DNA of 61,596 nucleotides, the filler included, from Sphacelaria rigidula (taxonomy: Eukaryota): the NCBI GenBank assembly GCA_964200075.2. It is 10 parts of 10 records of this genome, joined end to end, with 100 filler letters (N's around TTAATTAATTAA, not from the genome) between each part and the next. Parts side by side here need not be neighbours in the genome. Positions count along the whole stretch, not along the records: positions 1 to 6,070 come from CAXNAA020022438.1; positions 6,171 to 12,240 come from CAXNAA020022439.1; positions 12,341 to 18,410 come from CAXNAA020022440.1; 7 more parts are not named here. One strand, 5' to 3'. Shown in pieces: positions 1-12,861 of the stretch. The notes below the pieces were generated by a model. It was not told where the DNA came from. It searched no databases and saw only the letters and a list, made by a program, of their open reading frames with translations. Within the stretch, counting starts at the first letter, position 1. Each line of letters opens with the position of its first letter. Made by a program: the position numbers and the translations under genes.

Positions 1-532
1 CCCCAGGGATAGTCAGCAGTTCGCTGGGAAGATCCCTGTTACCTTGGGGTCCCAGATCCGGCTGTACAGATATGGAAGTTTCGGGGCTCCTGCGAACTTA
101 CCCCTGTAACAGCCGTTCACTAGGTTACACGTCATAAAAGGAAATCTCTCCGCACATGCCCAAATGGCGATCTCCACACATGTTGAGATTGATTCCGACT
201 GCCGAACAATAGTGTTGCTGTGTTTTACTCTTCGCGCAGATGACCGCCTGCAACACACAAACTCCGCTTGGCAATCATCCTCCGCGCCCAGCCTTGCTGC
301 CTCTTTGCTTTCTGCCCACTATTCTCGTGCGTGCGACATGGCCAGCCACTACCTCTCGTACCCTCGAACGTGCGTCCGGACATTGTGCGCATCTGACAGG
401 TCCGCTCCCGCCACCCTATTCCCGCAACCTCGCTCAACCATAGACCAATGTCTGTCTGTCCCCCACCCCTCTCCTTTTGCGTTTTCCCACGATGCATCAT
501 GTTTTCCTTTATCCCGTCTTGCCTCTCCTTAG

Positions 533-1342
533 CTGTCCTTGACGGCAGCATCAGCGGCCCGCGCTGCCCTGGAACACAGCAACTTCGAGTCAGGACGAGC
601 CGGTGGCGAGGGCGGTGGCGGTGGACAAGGCCACGGGGGTGGTAACAGTGACGGTAACACCAACAGCACCAAGAACAAAAGCGGCAACACAGCGCCGCCG
701 ATATCGAAACGCCCACCCACCCCACCCATTTCGCCAAGATTGTCCATCAGCGGCGGTCACACAAACCACCACCCCTACCACCACCATCACCAGCCACCCC
801 TAGTATCCCCCCGGTTTTCTCCGAGAGCGAGCCACCACCACCACCACCACCACCATCATCACCACCTACCACCTCACGCAGGCGGATCCCCAAGAAGCGG
901 TCACCCCCCCCGGTCACCCACCCGTTCGACGACCGGTGCCGGCGGCGGGTTCTCCTCCTCACACGCCAACACCACCGCCGCCGCCAGCCCCCCGCAACCA
1001 GGCCACCGCGGCGGGGGTGCTCAGCCACATTCTCCCTTCCCCGCGCGCTCCCCGAGCGCCGCAGGAGGACAGTCCATGGGGGTACCGCGGTCGCCGGCGA
1101 GTGAGAATTCCCGCACCACCGCCGGGGAAGGCGGCACTCCTCCGAGGGGGTCGAGGTCTGTTGGGGGCGGCGGTAGCGCCGGCGGCGGCGGCGGCGGCCC
1201 ACGACGGCATTCGAGCGGAGGCGTGACGGAGGCGGAGGCTAGGCGAGCGGCTATAGCGGCCAGAGCATCCAGTAGTGCTTCCGGCGGTGACGGGGGGTCG
1301 GCGGGAGGGGTGTCAGCGTGGGCTTGGGGAGGAAGAGTGTAG
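533..1342 (+). CDS. Terminal coding exon of an unknown low-complexity protein (poly-His, Gly/Ser/Pro-rich); upstream exons lie outside the contig
   Basis: A pyrimidine tract and ttag acceptor at 531-532 are in frame with the 539..1342 ORF. Codons are GC3-rich, there are His tracts and SPR motifs, and the TAG stop at 1340-1342 is followed by non-coding UTR-like sequence. Confidence 0.6.
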   Translation: MSLTAASAARAALEHSNFESGRAGGEGGGGGQGHGGGNSDGNTNSTKNKSGNTAPPISKRPPTPPISPRLSISGGHTNHHPYHHHHQPPLVSPRFSPRASHHHHHHHHHHHLPPHAGGSPRSGHPPRSPTRSTTGAGGGFSSSHANTTAAASPPQPGHRGGGAQPHSPFPARSPSAAGGQSMGVPRSPASENSRTTAGEGGTPPRGSRSVGGGGSAGGGGGGPRRHSSGGVTEAEARRAAIAARASSSASGGDGGSAGGVSAWAWGGRV

Positions 1343-4300
1343 CTGGACGAAGGAGGGTGGTGAAAGTGAAAACGGGCGGGTGCCCAAGAGTATTCGTCGG
1401 GATGGTAGGACCGGGGAAGGAAACGTAGAGGTTGGTATCGAGCAGTTAGATGGAAGACTGTGGTACGTGCTCTCTCTTTAGCTCTTGCTCGCGTGCTTCG
1501 TCTGTCACGTCTCTCTGGTGCTTGAGGTCGAAGGCGTAGCATGTCGGCCGGAATATTACGAAGTATTTAGTATTTTTGGTAGGTTGGGAAGGAGTGAGCA
1601 GGTGCTGTTTCTGTGGTTCCTCTGCTTGGCCTCCGAGAGCAGGAGGCATGTGGGTGATGGGTGACGGGCGGAGCTGACTTCTTGCGAGAACTCTCGAGAG
1701 AAATTGTGCACCTGCATGGAGAGGATTGGGGTGGGAATGGGACAGGTGGGTGGGTTGATGAAAGGAATATCTGTAAAATATGCTTTGTTTTGTTTTATGG
1801 TCCTGGGCGGGTCGGATATAACGGGCTTCGGGGATGGGCGGGGGGGCTCACCATTTTCACTCGTCTTTTGGCCACCCAGAGCGATGGATTAAGGAGCGAT
1901 GAGATGATGTCTGAGGAAGCTGTTTCACATTTGTACAGTTGACACGGGAAATGTCAGACTGAGATGCTGTCGCTCTTGTTGGACTTCGTCTCTTCGCTCC
2001 GTTTCTTGTTTTTTATTCTTTTTTTCGCGTTTTTTGAGTCCCCGCACTGTTCAGCACAAAACGTTGGGTCCTTTCTCCTCTGTGGTCGTTTGGTTTCGCC
2101 GCGAGTGGTTGCGTATTTTACGTTGCGCGCGAGTGGGTGGTCTCTCTCTCTCTCTCTCGCTCTCTGTTGCGTTTTTTTCCTGCTTCTCTTGGTTCATTCG
2201 CTTTGGCACGAAAACATGTTAAGAGGGGCATGCAGTGCCTTTGGCTCGTAGTGAACCCCTTGCGATCATTCGTATATATTGTCGAGAATTTGTCGCGATT
2301 GTGCCGTTCTCCCTCCGCGGCGATGTCACGTCACCCGTCACGTCACTTTCCTGTTGTGTTCGTTCGAGAGCAAAGAAAAAAAGGAGAAGAGTGGTGTAGA
2401 AGGGTGGAATATCATGGCCATGAGCCTGTTATGTGTGCCCGCGCGTGTTGGTGTACGCTGGCGTTAAGTCTTGATAGGGGATCCAGCATTTGTGTTCTCT
2501 CTCTCCCTCTCTGTTATTTTCTCCCCTGATTTTTTGTTTCGTTTTTCATGGATGTATGATAGGATATTTGTATACGAACGTTTTTTTGTTTTTCTTTGTC
2601 CCGGAGTTGAAACGTGGTGATTTTCCTTTTGTTGCAATCTAGTCTGCGAACGACTGCTTCAAAAGCAAGAATCGTTTATGAGATAAAAATGAATACACAC
2701 ATGTATTTTCAATTTTTTTTTCAAAAAAAAAAACACGGGTGTTTCTTTCATGGCTGATGAGCTAGCGAGCTCAGCGCGTCGGGTTCCCGTACGGCGATGG
2801 GATCACTGAAAGCTAGATGCGAGATATCGAGAATTTGAGAAAAAATGGTGGTGGTGGTGGATTTTTTTTTTTCCCGTAGAAAACTGTTCCTAAAGTGCCA
2901 GAGTGAGGAAGTTTCATTTTTTTGTCCATGGTATGATTTTGGGTTGAGGTGATAGCCCAGCATGTACAGTTTGTGTTCCCCCCCCCCCCCCCCCCCCTCG
3001 CCAGGTGGACAGATCGTTCGATCATAACCGCCTTCTTGGTTCGGTCTCCCGCTTGTAGTACACGACACTCTTGGAGCGACTGCTTGAGCTCCTGTCGACA
3101 GAGAGCTCGCGGTGTTGTGACATGTGTGCGGGGTGGGCGCGGGGAATGATTTTTGGAAAATAACGGAGGACTGCTCCATGTTATGATACTTCCGTATCAT
3201 TGGCTTCGGAAATCTAGAGTGAGATATCATTGGAGTTGGGGGTATGATGTTGCAGCGAGTTGGAACAGTTCCACAACCTTCGTTGAAGACCCAGAGTTCT
3301 CCTTCGCCCACCCTTGAGCACTTTTTTGGCCGTTGCTTTGGTTTTTGTTTGGTTTTTTATTACGATAACGGCGACAACGACACTATGTCGCCGGCAAGGA
3401 AAAGGTCGAGGGACGAGATGATGATAGAAGAGCGTGGGGTGGGTGCTGTGCGTTTATTCTGTGCGTGGTTGGAGAAGATGTGTTGATTTTATACTTCTTT
3501 TTCTTGGTCTTGTTATTTTGATGGTTCTGTTTCTGGTACGGTGTGCACTCTGTTCATTTACTCTCTCGTCCATTTCCCCCCTTCTTTTCGTTATGGTTTT
3601 AGTCCTGTACGGGTTAGGTGTATGGTGTGTTGTAGGTGGAGGGACGGAAGGGGGGGGGGAGTTCGGAGTTTGCGCAGAATCATCCCCCCTCCCCAGACAA
3701 TTCCATATACATAATACATATGTATACACATGATTGCATTCACGTGAGGTGTGTACGTTTTTTTTTGTCGGGATAGTTCTAGTGAGAGCATATAGTAGTT
3801 GCTGTTGGATGGGTTAGAGTAAACTGGATGATGGCGAAAAGCGGAGGGGCGGCGGGAGTAGAAGATGGACCGTTGTCGTACATGCACCACAGGATCGGCA
3901 CGAAATAGGGTGTGATGGTGATTGTGACGTGGAACATTTTGTTTTTTTTCAGTCCAGGGAGAGAGGAGGAACAATACTTACTCACTCAGCCGTACCCCTA
4001 CAAGAAGTAGAGAAAAACAAGGAAAGTAGGGAAGGAGGAAATAGTATCCGTTGGCCTTGGTTAGCGGGTGATGTTGTTTCTCTGTCTCGTATCTTGGTTA
4101 TCCCCCCGCCCGATCATTAGCTTGATTCTATCGTCATATCTTGTGGCTGTTCTGAGGAACAAAAACATCACGAACCAGAAGAAAACAAACTTGAGCAGGT
4201 AAGAGTTTCCCCTCCCGAGACTTGACACCGTGCTTCCGGTTCAGTACAGTAGGCGCGAGTCATTTGTCCCCTTTGGCTTCCCCAGGTTTTAGGACAATGA

Positions 4301-6070
4301 TCCCTATATGAGTAATCCAATGAAGCTGGGCGTGTTTGTGAGGTTGACGAAAGTCAAACATCTGGATCCCCCGCTGTCTGCACGAAGCCCACTGTGCGTT
4401 CGGTATGCTGATTAGTGTACAGTCTCCAGTCGCGAAGATTAGCTTCCATGTTTTGAGATTCGAAGACTGGCGTGTGGCTGGTTTCTCTCAAGTCCATTGT
4501 TCGTTTAGTTGGAGGGTGTCCCCCCACCCCCGCCCCCGCCGCGCCGCGCCGCGCCGCGCCCTCATTTTGTCGGTATAATAGTAGTTTTGGTCGTGCGTTT
4601 GTGTGTGTTGATGTGGGGGATGTTTATGAGTAGGGAGGGGAGGGGGGGGGGGGAAATCTTATCACACACGCATCACTGCTTCCATTCTCTTTGTCGGAGA
4701 TAAGGGAAAGGTGTGAAATTATTCTGGCGGAATGGGTGCGATCCTGTCTTGTTTTGTGCGACTGGGTGTGCGTTGTGACTTCAACATGTCCTGCTGCCCC
4801 TCTTCTGCTCGCCATGTTTGTGCTTGGTTTCGGCGCTTTCCTCTTTCTTTCATTTTGAATATTTCTGTTGGGTGCTGCTCTTATTCTCCGGCATCTCGTA
4901 GTCGTGTGAAACCACTCGACCACTTGCGTTGAATACGATGTCATGGGTTTATTTACCCCACCCCATCCCCCGCTCCCTCTTTTCACCGCTTTGTTGTACG
5001 TTGCTCGGTGACGGGAATGCACGACGTTCGCGTGTATCATTTCGTTTAGTTCTGTTTTTATCTCATTTTTTCCTCTTTCGTCAGGCATATGATGAAACCG
5101 AATCAAAAGACACGCAATGTCGAGAAAAGAACGTGCGGCATGCGTGCGTGCTATGGAGGGAATACAGGAATGAACACATCCGCGGCAGCGAATCAAAATG
5201 AAGAGGAAGCATTTCTTTTGAATTCCGGCGGCAGAGTTGGAATAAAGGTTCCGTGTTGTCGGGGTAGTACTGCAATAGTGTCCTGTGGTTGTCGTTGTCT
5301 ACTTAGTTTGTTGCCGCGGTTGCATGTGTTCCGTCGCAGTAGATTTGCACGAGGTCACTCACACGCGAGGAACGGTATGGGGTGGGCGGGATGATGAAAT
5401 CAGCTGAACGAGCTTCTGTGTCGCGGGAGGAGGGTGTATACAAGCTGAACGCAACCATTTGTCGTTTTTTAGGCTGATGTGAAGTCGGCACTCTGACTCC
5501 CGAGTGCCGTGGCCAAAGAGTACTGCTTTGGGTGGTGGGAGAGGGGGGGGGAAGGGGGAGGGGTTAGACGGAAGTACAGTAGATGAACAAAATCCGTTGC
5601 ATATTGTGGACGTCTATATTTGCTGAGGCATGTAGACCACCTTTATTTGTTTGCGTCAAGGTGGAGGTTCCGTCGCTATGTGGAGCAAAATTTGTCCGAT
5701 GGAAGGGGGAGGGGGATGCATGCTGTACTGTAGGAGTGCTATTGATGGTTAGTCGGGCGCTTTTGTTTTTTGAGTGTTTTGTTGTTCATTTTTGCTGATG
5801 TTGGCGAACGTATGTATCATTTCTACGCCAATGGTCCTCCCCATCGTGTTTATTCATTTGTTCTTGTACTTTTGTTTGTCTTGCTGGTTTTTCGCTCCAG
5901 CACGCACTCTGTCCTCTCCCGTGTTCCGGCGTGCAGTTCGAGTGCATTTATTTGCATTCGTGACACTTTTTTAGGGGGGTGAGGGAGGGGGGGGGGGGGG
6001 GGGGGGGGGGGTTGCGCGGCTACATTGGGGGCGCCCTTTTTTTTTTATAGGGGAGGAGGGGGGGGTGGGG

Positions 6071-6170
6071 NNNNNNNNNNNNNNNNNNNNNNNNNNNNNN
6101 NNNNNNNNNNNNNNTTAATTAATTAANNNNNNNNNNNNNNNNNNNNNNNNNNNNNNNNNNNNNNNNNNNN
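6071..6170. other. Artificial contig-joining linker (N44-TTAATTAATTAA-N44); identical linkers at 12241, 18411, 24581, 30751, 36921, 43090, 49259 and 55428
   Basis: The same 100-nt block, with stops in all six frames, separates segments of exactly 6070 or 6069 bp, as expected for length-sorted contig concatenation. Confidence 0.97.
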
Positions 6171-7524
6171 GGGATGAGAGTTAAATGGGAAGAAGAAAAT
6201 GGAACCAATGATAAAGAAAACCCAAAAAAAAAAAAAAAAAAAAGCTAGCCCCGATACTGCCACGAAGAAAATTATTATATAAAGCATGATAACTGATTTT
6301 AGACCGCATTAAGCGCCTCATATGAGCGACGTTGGCAAAAAACGTATCCAAAGCGTCGGAGTTCCCAGCTGCTCGGTGTGCTCGGCTTTTATTCCATTTG
6401 GATTTACATGTAGACTTTGCCTCCTCAAATCAGCCCCTTTTTGGGGGGGGGTGGGGAGGGGGAGGGGCTTTTGCAGCATCAGTCGGGAAGCAGATACGTG
6501 ATCGCCCAAGAAATGAACGGTGTCTGCCGGAAATCGAACCCTCAAGTCGTTTTTGTGGAGAACCAGTTTCTGTGGAGAAGTAGTTTGGCGACCGGGGCGC
6601 GGCGGTCATTCAGATATTATTCTGTCAAGTGTGTTCGACGTCTGGTTACGCTTTCGATTCAGAAGAAAACACGCACAGACGATGCACCTTCCCTTCACGT
6701 GGTCCTGTATATGTTCACGTTTGCTCGTGCTTTTGTGATGCAATGGGACGACATGCGGTACCGAGTACTAAATATGAAGGTGCATATATGCTTTAAGGGT
6801 TATTCATGTACTGCGCATTTGGAACCGCGGTGTGGTGGACAGACGGTCAAAAGAACGGATGACGGTCATAGTTGCTGGTATTGATTTTTTTTGTGTGTGT
6901 GTATGTGTGTGTGTAAAAAGCACGCCGGTGAATTTGATCGGACAGTCGAGTTTTTCCCGAGCACGCAGACTGCGAACCCGGCCGAGACTGCTTGCCACCA
7001 AGCGTTGGCTTCCCATGGAATGCATTTGTTTTCCTTGTGAAGTGTTGATGCCCTTCCCTACCCCGTCCTCCTTCCCCCCCGATACCTTCGCCTCTGCTTT
7101 CGTATTTTTTTTTACATTTTGTGTTACGTTGTGCTCTGTTTCTTCCCTCTGCTGCTTTTTATGTTATTGTAGTTGTGTTTCTTGTGTGGTATGGTGTCGG
7201 GCGCGTTGTGCTATGATTGGCTGGCTCTGTCTGTGCTGTGTCGTGTTATGCTGTGTCAACGTTTTTTTTTTTTTTGTGTTCAAAAATGTGTCGTTGAATT
7301 TCACTCGGTGTTCTCATCTACTTTTATTGTCTTTTCCTTTGGTGTTGTGTATGTTGTTCCTGTTTCACCCTTTTTTTCCCTCTTCTTTTTTTCTCTTGTG
7401 TGTCTGTGTGCGTTTTTTTTCTTTTTCTTGTCGTTCTTATACAAAAATGTGCAACATGTTGTTGTCTCGACATCCATGATCATGATCATGATCATGATGA
7501 TCATCGTCATCATCACTATCCCAG

Positions 7525-7650
7525 CTGACGGCGAGCGTGAGCGACAAGGGCCGAGAGCTGGCTCGCGTGTGGGAGTGGAACGAAGAGTACGGAGAGGTCA
7601 AGAAAAAGCGATCGGATGCCTCCGCGCATCACCTGTCCATGTATCTTTGA
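7525..7650 (+). CDS. Last exon of an AAA+ ATPase (ATAD1/Msp1/spastin-like C-terminus)
   Basis: A ccag acceptor at 7521-7524 is followed by LTASVSDKGRELARVWEWNEEYGEVKKKRSDASAHHLSMYL*. This matches the SVS...EL..WNE.YGE...KK..LS(Y/M) C-terminal signature of ATAD1-like AAA proteins. It is too short for the ORF track. Confidence 0.8.
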   Translation: MTASVSDKGRELARVWEWNEEYGEVKKKRSDASAHHLSMYL

Positions 7651-9159
7651 TTTCAGTAGAGAAAGGGAATGATGAGAATACTGACAGCATGTTCTCGTCG
7701 AAGGCGAATCTTCTCAAATATTAGGGAGCACAAGAAAGGAGGAGGAGGAACAAACACACAAGAAAGTACGCTATGGATTCATTCAAAAATAGCGAGGTTG
7801 CCTTCTGCACGACATGGGCGTGACATGACATGTCATGCAGGCATATATCCATGTATCTATATATCACAAAATTGTGAGCATTTTCTTTTGTAGGTGGAAG
7901 GGAACGTGATCAACGGCTTTTGTCGCATGCTGCTGCGCTTCTTCTGCGTTTTTTTTTTTCTTTGTGCAAAATAGATGCCGAGATGTGGATCGACTGTGGT
8001 CGATAGGCGAGGGCGTCTGAATGCATGAGATGTAGGCTTGTCGCAGTCGTCGATACCATGCGTCTGTGGCTATATTGTTGTTGTGGTGGATGGCATCATT
8101 ATGTGATGACGTAACATTAATGGGAAAATAGTACGAACTTGTTTTCGGCGTTTTTTTTACGGTAATTTTTGTGCTCCATTTTCAATTTTTTCTTCGTTGA
8201 TTTTTGAGTTTGTCTGCAATCTCCTGCTAGCGCGGTGACAACTCTGACTACGCTAGCGCATGGGAGAAAGGTCAAGGTAAAGGTTAGGACTCCATACACC
8301 AGAGAAACTCACACTTGGTGACAGATCAAATCGCGCCGACATGCCATCGGTCCAGCTGCGCACCCGAAATTCTGACGCACATCTCTCCACGAATTAAGTA
8401 GTTTTTTTTCCCAATCATCACAGGGCACCCAAAAGCTTTTGCGCGCCAGTGATTGAAGAACAACCCGTTCGCCAGATTGAGTGTCAAGCATTTGACTGAG
8501 AATGAGAAGTCGAATTCACCTGGTGAGTTTGGTTTCCGCTCCGGGTAAAAAGTCCGACTCACCGTCTTTTCGCGACTCGATTTTTGCGACTCGATTTTTG
8601 CGACATTTTTTCCACTCTAAAACCCCTATTATTGATTTCGATTTTCGGGAAAAACTTTGTCAAACAGAAACAAAACGCATCTTGCTCCAAGGGGCACCTG
8701 GACACACAGCAGTTGCTGATTCCTACCTGGTATCATGCTCTGAATCGAAGGCTTGAGTGAGAACGCCCAGTGTGCAGCTGCTTGACGCAACCACTGCGTT
8801 CTGCCACGGACCCTTCCCCACATACCCGACAAGGGGGCAATGTCCCCGAACAGACAGTAGCAATGCTAGCGGATCTCGGGTTCTTACAGTCTGGCAGCCG
8901 GCGAGGTGGTCATGGAAGTATCCTTGTAACGATATCAACTTACAGTGCACTGGACCAGAGTTTGCAGGTGAATATTTCGGCGATTGCCTCACCAGCTGTT
9001 CGCCCAGATGTTGCGGTTTTTTTCACGATCTCACTGACGAGCAACATTTCATGCGGAGGAATGTACCAGACCCCGCATTATATGTGAAAAAGTACCAGAT
9101 CCTGGACAAAGATTTCAACAGTCAGGACGAACACGATGTAAGTGTACTGTGCACAGTGT

Positions 9160-9640
9160 GTTGTGTGTGTTGTCGTCCCATCTATTCTGGACGCCGGTCT
9201 CCACCTTCCGGTATATCTGGGCGCACCAGCCGGGATCACACAGGAGGAAGGCGGACACGGGAGTTTTTATTTTGGAGTCATGCCTCGATATGGGCGGAGT
9301 ATTTTAGGCCGTTTTCTCCCACGAAATTTTACCTTCAATTCTCGTTGGTAGCAGCAACGGTAGTTCAAACGCGCTTGTTTCGATTTATATCGTTCATTCA
9401 TACTGTTTGACACCGATTTTACCCAAATACAAGCGCACCGCGAGTGTGTTGGGTCGTCTGACGCACCTCTGAGCCCATTTTTTCGTGGAATCGAACCCCC
9501 CCCCCCTCCGCACTATCGTAGCATGACTCTTTGTTTGGTTTAGTTCTTCACTTTCCTTTTGCGGTGCTTGCCTTTCTTCACCATCTCGAGAGGGCTTCAG
9601 CAGTCGCCCCTTTCCCTCGTCGACCGTTAGGTCGAATGCT
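9160..9640 (-). mobile_element. SINE family A copy, 5'-truncated and split into two pieces (about 9160-9272 and 9531-9640)
   Basis: Colinear similarity to 42682-42900, including the (TG)n tail, tgtcgtcccatctattct, gcgcaccagccgg and gcggtgcttgcc. Confidence 0.8.
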
Positions 9641-11619
9641 TTTGCACAGCATAAAATATATTGCCGATTGTACTTGTGTAATACTTGTACTTGGAGACGG
9701 TAACTTTAACGCTACACTTCGAGACAAAATTGTGTGAAGATCTCCACGGTGTGAAATGTTACAGGCAGCTTTCGCGCCATAGCGGCTGTGTTACCATACA
9801 GCTTAGCCTAAGATACAGGTAGCCATTACAACGGCGGAGGCGGCCATTCACTCCTACGTGCACCACCTGGGGCAAACGCACGCTATAGCTGCAACACGGA
9901 CAGCTTGACAGAATATGGCGTCAGGTACAAGCGGCTGCGTTCATGATGTGACGAACTGCATAGGACAGCGCGGATCAATGCAGGCAGGGATAGGTCAAGG
10001 ATGTGAACTCGTGCGGTGTGTTTTGTCACCCTGCACCCTGCCGCTGTGCAGTGAACAGGTAGTGCCGCCGAAGGCGCCACGCTGCGGTTGGTACGCAGTG
10101 TCGAACACAGCAGCAAGTAGCACATTTTATGTACATGGATTTGTGTTTTAAAACCAATGCGCACACACACAGCAACTATTTCGCCATCGTTAATCGATCA
10201 GGGGGGTACTCCCTCTCCTCAAATAGGGTACCAGGGATACCCCCCCTGCCCCCCTCCCTCCTACGGTCCCGGAATGAGGTTTTGGCGACCTGGGGGGGGG
10301 GGGGGGGGGAACAAATTTGTTGCTTGTCTTAGATATGTGGGCGTTGAAGCCGCACCCATTTCAAGAGGGAGAACGGGGGGGGGGGCGTGGTGCCGTCATT
10401 TCCCGATATGGGGCCCCTCGGCCCAGCGTGCAGCTGCCTGAAGCTTGACGCTGTTTCCTGTCTGTCCGAGGAACAGCAATTTGCAACGTATAGTCTGTGG
10501 GATACCGGGAAGCAAGCCCTGTACGTGAACTTGAAAACAGGCATGGTAGTGGCTGGGACTATTGTAGTGCGGGACGACCTAGCGGGAATTTGCCGGGAAA
10601 TGGCTCGCTTCTCAGCGCCGACTTGCTACGGGCCCTTGCGAATGTAGAGCGACGGCGATAACAAGAACACGATTTATGCTTCAATACAACTTTACGCTTC
10701 CGTGCAGCAACACATCACTATACCCCGGGTGCGTGCGGCAGACTTTCATTTTAGAGACCAACGTCACAAACACCGTAAACAAGTTGAAAAAGGAAGCGCC
10801 CTGGGCACAGGGCAATCTATCAGAAATCCTCATCCATCCACTCATCGACTGACTGGTGCTTTTTGGGGAATGCTAGACCGAGTTAGACGATGAGCGGCTC
10901 GAACGAATGTCTTTGACGCAAGATGAATCCAATGTGTTCTTTTTGCGGCAATGTACATAAAAGGGTACGCCCTGGTGCTTCTGGAACAAAAAGAGGGTAG
11001 CGCATTTTGATTGTGCAGTCGTCGAACGAGCTGTTTCGCGGCTGCTGCGCAGCGGCTACGTCTGCTGCCCTTCCCTCGATGGCGAGTTTTTCTCATCCAT
11101 GACGTGAATTATTCCGGCTCTCACAAGCTCATCTTTCAAGTAAACAAACCACAGGGGGACAACACGAGACCAACAGCCTCTCTTTCAAGCTACAGCTGCA
11201 GTATACACAACGGGCACAAGGCAGACACGACAGAACACACAAACTTACAAGAGGTTCATCTATCGCAAGCCACCACTACGTCATCCTCAACACTCAGCGC
11301 AAACAACCGCAGAAGCAATAAATGACGAGTGCTAGAGAGCGCCCGTGTACATGCGTGGTCTCCACTGCCTGGACGGCCATATCTACTTGCAGGAGCGCAA
11401 CGCCAACGCCTACAAAAAGGACGCGAAAAACAGGCGGGCTCACTGCCCGCGAGGCACTGCACACAGATCTTTCCTTGCCCCCAAGAAAAAAACGAGACGG
11501 CATGGCCTCAAACAAAGGAGCACGAAGCATCGTACACGACAGCCGCGGACACGCAGTTTTCCTCACACACTCAGTCACCCCCACATAGTCATGACTGTGA
11601 CATTCCAATGAAGATCACT

Positions 11620-11745
11620 CTATCGCCATATTTTGACAGCCCCGTCTCTACTACTCGACAGCAGCATCTTGATCGGCAGCTCGGTGACCTTCACGTCCAA
11701 CACAGCATCGTCATGGCTTGATCGGGGCGCAACGAGTCCTTTTTC
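11620..11745 (-). CDS. VPS15: Last exon of phosphoinositide 3-kinase regulatory subunit 4 (Vps15), final WD40 repeat
   Basis: A ccgtag acceptor is followed by EKGLVAPRSSHDDAVLDVKVTELPIKMLLSSSRDGAVKIWR*, matching the Vps15/PIK3R4 C-terminus (H.D.(I/V).D.....SRDG.VK.W(K/R)*). Confidence 0.75.
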   Translation of the reverse strand, partial: EKGLVAPRSSHDDAVLDVKVTELPIKMLLSSSRDGAVKIWR

Positions 11746-12689
11746 CTACGGAATCAGACGCACACGCAAAAGGACCGAAATAACATGACAAATCAACGTG
11801 TCACCGGCAAATCTGGATCTTGGAGAGGAGCGAGACAGGCACGGTCTGGACAAATGGTGCAAGCAGAATGCATATTATCACAGCACAAGCACAGACCAAG
11901 GGCAGTCAGAATATTCCTGAAATGCTCCGAACTCCTCTCTCGGGTACACTAGCAAGGTGACAAACACGCATGCTCCCTCGCCTTGTGCCGATCGAATGGC
12001 ACCTTTCAGTAGATATTACCAGGCACTGGACATCACCCACGCAAAAAGTTACACTCACAGCAACCGCCCTAATCTCCACATGTTTCAAATATGTTTTTCT
12101 CGTTAGATTCCTGAGTTGATGACGGTCACTACGATTTCAAGCATGTGGAGATTCGGTGGAAATTGGGCTTGGAATTCATATTTTCAATTTCGGAACAATT
12201 TGAAAGGCGCTGATTGGTCGAGACATATTTTTGTCCATAGNNNNNNNNNNNNNNNNNNNNNNNNNNNNNNNNNNNNNNNNNNNNTTAATTAATTAANNNN
12301 NNNNNNNNNNNNNNNNNNNNNNNNNNNNNNNNNNNNNNNNCTCGTCTTTCAAAAATTTCGCTTGTTTTTTTCCAAGTATTACGAGAAAAACGAGAGTGTT
12401 TTCTGTCACAGAAATCTATAGCCGAATTTGGAATAGCCTGAGACAACAACCAATTTGAAAATCGGAATTCTCAAAGTAATCTCGAGATGCTGCGCACGTC
12501 TCTTGTCACGGTTAAGTTTTCGGGGTTTGACGAGGGGCACTCGTCATATCCTGGCCTTAAATCTCAACTTCTACACCCTAACCCTGAGTTTTTTCAGACG
12601 GTTTTTTGTTCCCGACACTCTTTAGTGATGGATGTTACAGGTTTTGTCAATTTGGCGGTTTACTAACGCCTAGTGTCTGTGCTTTGTCA

Positions 12690-12861
12690 CGACTTAGTCT
12701 GCGATGTCGTTCTGTTCGACCCCTCTCTTTTTTTTCCCGGATCCTTTTTTTTTTCTTTGAAGCGCGTTTCAGTTTCGTTTCTCTTGGTTACGCCTATCAT
12801 GAGACCACGGCTGGACCCCTGGGGAGTCAGTAAAAGTGCGACCATCAATCAGTCAATCAGT
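12690..12861 (+). mobile_element. 3' end of a non-LTR retroelement with (CAAT/CAGT)n tail
   Basis: A second copy lies on the minus strand at 39621-39785 (gaccacggctggacccc...caatcaatcagtc). This piece supplies the spurious N-terminus of ORF 12673..13623. Confidence 0.7.

Noticed and set aside
6832..7724. Cys/Phe-rich 215-aa and 183-aa ORFs
   Set aside because: They arise from (TG)n/T-rich intron sequence. The real coding part is the 7525-7650 exon in another frame.
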